A stretch of DNA of 64,000 bases from a virus. Taxonomy: Duplodnaviria > Caudoviricetes. The translations under genes were made by a program, and so were the position numbers. The stretch is taken from positions 32,001 to 96,000 of the IMG/VR virus record IMGVR_UViG_3300043432_000484. One strand, written 5' to 3'. Position 1 is the first letter of the stretch. The number at the start of each line of letters is the position of its first letter. The notes under the pieces are model-generated. The model had not been told where the DNA came from. It ran no database searches and saw only the letters and a list, made by a program, of their open reading frames with translations. Shown piece by piece: positions 60,097 through 64,000 of the stretch.

Positions 60097-60169
60097 AGCC
60101 CTAGATCGGGATCGAACCGACCAAAACCTGAGTACAAAACAGGGGCCTCACCATTGAGGCGACTAGGGC
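60097..60169 (-). tRNA. tRNA-Thr(TGT)
   Basis: GCCCTAG/CTAGGGC, TTTGTAC loop. Confidence 0.82.
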
Positions 60170-60174
60170 AAAAC

Positions 60175-60450
60175 TCACTTCAAGCTCAACCTCGCGCCGT
60201 CCCTCTTCAGAAAGGTGGCTGTGCTGAGCACGATCTTCATGTCCACGTCTGACGGTTGGAAGTCCCCGCCGCAATACTCGCAGGCCTCTTGGAGCAACTC
60301 TTCTTCTGTGAAGGAGCCTTCTGGGTCCTTGGTCAGGGTGATCGCGGCTAGCTCAAGGAGCGTCACGATCGCTTCGAGATCTTCTGGGTCCCATGGTGTG
60401 ATCTCCACCTTGGGAGGAGACTTGTCGGAGCCTTCAAAGTCGTAGCTCAT
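60175..60450 (-). CDS. Hypothetical protein
   Basis: Coupled ORF. Confidence 0.55.
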   Translation of the reverse strand: MSYDFEGSDKSPPKVEITPWDPEDLEAIVTLLELAAITLTKDPEGSFTEEELLQEACEYCGGDFQPSDVDMKIVLSTATFLKRDGARLSLK

Positions 60451-60836
60451 TCGTCCTCGTCTTCCGGGTCACCATCGGGGAAGCACACTCGGCACCTTCC
60501 ACCGCACCGGCTCCCTCTTTCCTCATTGTAGAGGGCATGCTTCTCTGGGTCCACATCCGTGTCAAGGATCGCAGAGTCCAGGAATGCTGAGAGGTACTGC
60601 TGCACCTTCTCACGACCCATGCACTCGGTGTCGACGAAGACACCTTTCTGGGTTTGCACGATCGTGATCTCACCGAATCCGAACCCCGTCTCGGAGAACT
60701 GAAACACCACCACAACCTCTTCGGGTGGTATCTCCAGCGGGTGAAGCCCTTCTTGCGGAGCCCCCGCTTTGTGTGACCCGTAGCTCAACGTTACCTTCGT
60801 TGGGATCCCGGCCATGATTTCTTTAAGGGTCTTCAT
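60447..60836 (-). CDS. Hypothetical protein
   Basis: Coupled ORF; GFGFGE, DTECMGRE. Confidence 0.6.
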   Translation of the reverse strand: MKTLKEIMAGIPTKVTLSYGSHKAGAPQEGLHPLEIPPEEVVVVFQFSETGFGFGEITIVQTQKGVFVDTECMGREKVQQYLSAFLDSAILDTDVDPEKHALYNEERGSRCGGRCRVCFPDGDPEDEDE

Positions 60837-60838
60837 AC

Positions 60839-61306
60839 CTATTCCCTGGACCGATTACCGAATGTAGGAGTTTGCCAATGACAATTAGGGCATAGAAAAC
60901 GTAGGTTGCTCAATCGATTGTCTTTCCAATTTCCATCAACGTGGTCGACAGGGAGGTATAGAGCTTTTCCGTTCCACTCAGGACCTAACCCACACTCAGC
61001 ACATTTATGAGGTATACCTACCTCCAGAAGAGCCCGACGCAGTTGGTGTCCAGGTACCCTTTTTGAGTACCCGTCCCGCAGTATAACTTCAGATGACTTA
61101 CGATTCTTAGGGGGTTCCCCCAGATTATGGCGTAAACCTAGGAAATGAGATGTGTCTATACCGAGTGACAGCACCCTTTCCTTGATGTGGCGAGTCAGAC
61201 CGCCAGATCGATCATTTGCCCCTAACTCTCTCATCATCCCCATCCAGGTTGTGGATCTGGAAGCAGCCGTACTTAGGTCCTCGTTTGTATATTTGACATG
61301 ACTCAT
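60839..61306 (-). CDS. HNH endonuclease
   Basis: CAECG...VDHVDGN..DNRLSNLRFLCPNCH. Confidence 0.92.
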   Translation of the reverse strand: MSHVKYTNEDLSTAASRSTTWMGMMRELGANDRSGGLTRHIKERVLSLGIDTSHFLGLRHNLGEPPKNRKSSEVILRDGYSKRVPGHQLRRALLEVGIPHKCAECGLGPEWNGKALYLPVDHVDGNWKDNRLSNLRFLCPNCHWQTPTFGNRSRE

Positions 61307-61309
61307 TCG

Positions 61310-61381
61310 TCGCTCCATCGGGAATCGAACCCGCAGAGTATCGGCTTATGAAACCGACCCACCCACCTTGAGCGTGGAGCG
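61310..61381 (-). tRNA. tRNA(CAT), Met or Ile2, compact D arm
   Basis: CGCTCCA/TGGAGCG-A, TCGGT-TTCATAA-GCCGA. Confidence 0.8.
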
Positions 61382-61386
61382 ATTGT

Positions 61387-61485
61387 GAGCCGATAGCCCG
61401 CTCAGCCTTCCTGGCAGCCGCTACAAACCTGCAGCCCTAGCCAGTATCTCTGAACGGACACCTTGGGTTTGTCCTCACTCGGCTC
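61387..61485 (-). ncRNA. Unassigned ~99-nt structured RNA
   Basis: Terminal GAGCCGA/TCGGCTC, GTCCGTTCAG/CTGAGCGGGC and CTGGC/GCCAG stems; lies between two tRNAs. Confidence 0.5.
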
Positions 61486-61500
61486 TCGATGAGGCAAGGT

Positions 61501-61577
61501 TGGTAGCGCCGGAGAGATTTGAACTCTCACTGATCCGCCTCTAAAACGGATGCCTCTGCCAGTTGGGCTACGGCGCC
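61501..61577 (-). tRNA. tRNA-Leu(TAG), short variable loop
   Basis: TCCGT-TTTAGAG-GCGGA, ACCA. Confidence 0.87.
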
Positions 61578-61982
61578 ATGTTTTCTAACGTAAGTGCGTA
61601 ACCTGTGACAGTTGGAGCACACCAATTCACACTTGGCTATCTCCCTGAGCAGGGATTCCCTAGATAGGTCCTTCCTACGGGCTATCGTAAACTTCTTGTC
61701 TGACAAGTGATCAAAATCCATCTGTACAGGATGGTATGTTCCCTTGCAATCGGTACAAGGCCCTGATTTCAACTCATTCAACCAAGCCGATGTAATAGGT
61801 ACAACCCTCTTACGCCTGCTGGTAGCCTTGTCCACATACCTCTGCTTGTTATCGGCATAATGGGATTTTGCGTACTCCTTAGCGCACTTCTTGCAGTATG
61901 GTTGAAGAGTGCCCTTGGCCTTGCGTTCCCCGAATGCGTTTGAAGGCAAGTCCCTCTTGCATTTACCAGCACATATTGGCAT
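61527..61982 (-). CDS. HNH-type endonuclease (paralog of 55139-55570)
   Basis: CTDC...MDFDH...EIAKCELVCSNCHRLRT. Confidence 0.85.
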   Translation of the reverse strand: MPICAGKCKRDLPSNAFGERKAKGTLQPYCKKCAKEYAKSHYADNKQRYVDKATSRRKRVVPITSAWLNELKSGPCTDCKGTYHPVQMDFDHLSDKKFTIARRKDLSRESLLREIAKCELVCSNCHRLRTYVRKHGAVAQLAEASVLEADQ

Positions 61983-61990
61983 GACTTTTG

Positions 61991-62064
61991 GGTATCATAC
62001 GGGAATCGAACCCGCCAAGGTCGCTTTCACAGAGCGCCCGGTTCACCAGCTCCATCATGACACC
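61991..62064 (-). tRNA. tRNA-His(GTG), second copy
   Basis: GGTGTCAT/ATGATACC including G-1:C73, CTGTGAA loop. Confidence 0.78.
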
Positions 62065-62070
62065 ATATGT

Positions 62071-62403
62071 TCAGTTTACACCCGTGGGCTCATTCATCCC
62101 TCGGGCAAAATGTGATTGGTACTCCAACAGCGTCTGCGTAGCGAAACGCCGGTTGCGCTGGAAGTACACCCTCAGTTGACAGTTGAGCCCCATGATAGTG
62201 GCCTCTGTGATCGCGAGGGTAATCATGTTCAGAACCCGACCTTGCAGGTCAACGGCCGGGCACGCCACCAGCACCCCATCAGAGCACAGACCGACTGAGA
62301 GCTTGAACCCGGGCTTTGGTATGAACCCAGCCCGTCCGAACTCCACTGACAGGATCGCTTGGATGTCATCCAGCACTTGATCGCTGTAGGGTTCCGCAGT
62401 CAT
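62071..62403 (-). CDS. Hypothetical protein
   Basis: ATG directly after the CCA of RNA-A. Confidence 0.5.
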   Translation of the reverse strand: MTAEPYSDQVLDDIQAILSVEFGRAGFIPKPGFKLSVGLCSDGVLVACPAVDLQGRVLNMITLAITEATIMGLNCQLRVYFQRNRRFATQTLLEYQSHFARGMNEPTGVN

Positions 62404-62546
62404 TGGCGCCGTTTCCTGGAGTCGAACCAGAATGTCTTGTGAGGAACTGCTGGGTGCGCCCTTACGGGTGCGAGATGCTGATCCTGGGATAGAGCTTTCG
62501 CTCCAGCTTGAAAGGCTGGTGGGGAACCGGTCCCCTGTAAAACGGC
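62404..62546 (-). ncRNA. RNA-A: tRNA-Glu(TTC)-like RNA with ~70-nt module in the variable region
   Basis: GCCGTTT/AAACGGC-GCCA, CCAGC-CTTTCAA-GCTGG, insert with CATCTC/ACCCAG loop and CACAAG, T arm. Confidence 0.8.
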
Positions 62547-62554
62547 AAAGTCTT

Positions 62555-62626
62555 GCCCGCGTTCGAGATGAGAGACCTGTGTTTGCATTACCTTAGCGTG
62601 TAAGGTCTCTCTTGGTGAACGTGAGC
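62555..62626 (-). ncRNA. RNA-B: stand-alone module hairpin
   Basis: GCTCACGTTC-ACCAA-GAGAGACCT-TACAC...AGGTCTCTC-ATCTC-GAACGCGGGC. Confidence 0.75.
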
Positions 62627-62628
62627 GG

Positions 62629-62741
62629 TGGGCCTTTCCGGAGTCGAACCGAAAAGATCTTGTGTGCACCACTGGGTGGGTCAATCTCTGACCCGAGGTG
62701 ATTGGTGCAGTACTAGTTGGCAGCCACCTGCCAAAAGGCCC
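62629..62741 (-). ncRNA. RNA-C: tRNA-like RNA with no anticodon arm, carrying the module
   Basis: GGGCCTT/AAGGCCC-A, D-like hairpin, CACCTC/ACCCAG loop, CACAAG, TTCGACT T arm. Confidence 0.78.
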
Positions 62742-62809
62742 ATTGAGACATCAGTGTAGAAACCTACTTCTTCTCCGAGGAGAAAGGTAGTGATGCCGGA
62801 CTACCTTAG

Positions 62810-62940
62810 TGGGGAACCTTGGACTCGAACCAAGTTTGCTTGTAAGCGTCGCTAGGTGCTCCCTTGCGGGTGCGAGGTACGATGCTGGTATCGTGCTTTC
62901 GATTTACCGTCGAAGTGGAGGCCAACCCCCCGTATTCCCC
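62810..62940 (-). ncRNA. RNA-D: tRNA-like RNA (GTA in degenerate anticodon loop) carrying the module
   Basis: GGGGAAT/GTTCCCC-A, TACCTC/ACCTAG loop, TACAAG, TTCGAGT T arm. Confidence 0.78.
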
Positions 62941-62972
62941 ATAGTGCTCGTCTTTCCGAGCCGTCAAAATTT

Positions 62973-63115
62973 TGCCCACTTCCGAGTTGAGAGACCTGGT
63001 TGCTTTTTGCCTGTTCCTAAAACGGGTGCCTTGCCAGTCGGCCACATCGGGTTTCCCCAACGGATGGATTCGAACCACCATGATGCGTGTAAGGACTCTA
63101 GGGTGAAAGCGAGCA
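62973..63115 (-). ncRNA. RNA-E: circularly permuted tRNA mimic (YrlA/Y-RNA-like topology)
   Basis: Terminal stem TGCTCGCTTTC/GGAAGTGGGCA, ACCCT/AACTC loop, then T arm, acceptor closed by GAAA, D arm, anticodon-like arm. Confidence 0.82.
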
Positions 63116-63116
63116 G

Positions 63117-63171
63117 CGGACTCCAGGGAGTTGAACCCTGACCAACGGTGGCGGCCTAACCCGCCGAGTCC
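63117..63171 (-). ncRNA. 55-nt mini-tRNA without anticodon arm
   Basis: GGACTC/GAGTCC-G, GGCGG-GTTAGG-CCGCC, ACC-GTT-GGT, CAGGG-TTCAACT-CCCTG. Confidence 0.72.
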
Positions 63172-63303
63172 AAGTAACCGTGACGTAGGAGTACGACCGA
63201 CACAACTAAACCGGAGACACAGACAAGACACCCTGTATGTACACCGAGATGTGGGAGCCGTCAACAGCTACTGGCCAAAAATCGACATCTGGTGTCGAAT
63301 CGG

Positions 63304-63375
63304 TGCGGGTAGGGAGAATCGAACTCCCGAGATCTTCGTTGGCAACGAAGCGCTCTACCACTGAGCGATACCCGC
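63304..63375 (-). tRNA. tRNA-Gly(GCC)
   Basis: CTTCG-TTGCCAA-CGAAG; A73. Confidence 0.9.
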
Positions 63376-63400
63376 ATTGAACTTTTTTAGTAGGGATGTA

Positions 63401-63745
63401 TCAGGTCTCCAGGGAGACCAAGGTGGCTCCCATATCGCCTAGGGCCGCCGACACGTACACGTTCCCCTCATGGTCCTTACGCTTCATCAGGGTCACTTTG
63501 GCCATTGGATGGGGTTTGCTCCCGTTCCCGGGCAGCAAGGACACAGTCTCCCCGTACCGGCCCTTCCCGCGGCGGCCCACAATGTACTCGGTGGGGGTGC
63601 CATTCTCTGCGTCTCCATGACCCATGACAGCCCTGATCGCCGCTTTGACCCTCTGCTTGGGGCGGAGGGAGTCAAAAACCTGGATCAGCTTCTCTTGTTC
63701 CATTTTCGCCGTAAGTAGGCGTGAGATTCGGAAATCGTAGGTCAT
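63401..63745 (-). CDS. Hypothetical protein
   Basis: RBS GGAG; ORF between tRNAs. Confidence 0.6.
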   Translation of the reverse strand: MTYDFRISRLLTAKMEQEKLIQVFDSLRPKQRVKAAIRAVMGHGDAENGTPTEYIVGRRGKGRYGETVSLLPGNGSKPHPMAKVTLMKRKDHEGNVYVSAALGDMGATLVSLET

Positions 63746-63775
63746 GGCCTAGCTCCGGCACAAAAGGAACCACAG

Positions 63776-63849
63776 TCAGCGTAGGGGGATTTGAACCCCC
63801 AACCTCACCCACCCCAAGGGTGCGCGCTACCAGATTGCGCTACACGCTG
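63776..63849 (-). tRNA. tRNA-Pro(GGG)
   Basis: C1:G72, CACCC-TTGGGGT-GGGTG. Confidence 0.92.
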
Positions 63850-63941
63850 ATGAAAAGCGCTAGGATACCCGTCACACCCCCTAGCGGGTGCCTGTTACAA
63901 GGACGGCTATGCTGTCTGCCAGCTGGTTTGCACAACGGCAT

Positions 63942-64000
63942 TGGTGGCCGGAAGAGGAGTCGAACCTCTGACGCCCTGCTCTTCAGGCAAGCGCTCTACC
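63942..64000 (-). tRNA. tRNA-Phe(GAA), 5' end outside window
   Basis: CTGAAGA loop, T arm, ACCA. Confidence 0.88.

Noticed and set aside
62404-62940. Introns in tRNA genes
   Set aside because: Inserts are far too short for group I/II introns, show no bulge-helix-bulge, and the same module exists stand-alone and permuted. Excision followed by RtcB ligation is not strictly excluded.
62806-63264. 152-aa minus-strand ORF (and 62400-62684)
   Set aside because: Runs through the structured RNAs and has no protein-like features.
63175-63300. 6S-like RNA upstream of the mini-tRNA
   Set aside because: Pairing is weak; better explained as a promoter (TTGACG-N17-TACATA, overlapping GGTGTA) plus leader.

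Overview
About 57% GC, densely packed, mostly minus-strand DNA in the standard genetic code. It reads as part of a large (jumbo-type) bacteriophage genome; this is inferred from gene content, and no virion structural genes are recognisable here. 1-25 kb: replication and recombination block (DnaX, HolA, HolB, beta-clamp-like protein, Toprim primase, split SbcC plus SbcD, RecA, RuvC, SSB-like protein, RecD2, NAD ligase, class II RNR, GroEL). 25-47 kb: accessory block with RtcB, EF-Ts, two VWA proteins, CoaE and an operon that joins a divergent Ro60/TROVE-VWA protein to a ubiquitin-like module (E2-like, JAB, Ubl, Zn-ribbon, E1/ThiF). 48-50 kb: IS607 element with a reconstructable target gene. 51-64 kb: tRNA array plus tmRNA, interleaved with HNH endonucleases (28 tRNAs in the window, one of them at 40.5 kb). 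Several tRNAs are non-canonical: 8/4 tRNA-Ser, short-arm tRNA-Leu, long-arm tRNA-Arg. The most striking signal is at 62.4-63.2 kb: five related tRNA-mimic/Y-RNA-like ncRNAs share one internal-loop module and occur in both normal and circularly permuted topology. Together with the Ro60-like protein, the Ubl machinery and RtcB they suggest an undescribed phage Ro60-RNA-ubiquitin-like system. All calls come from reading motifs and hand-folding RNA; no searches were run.
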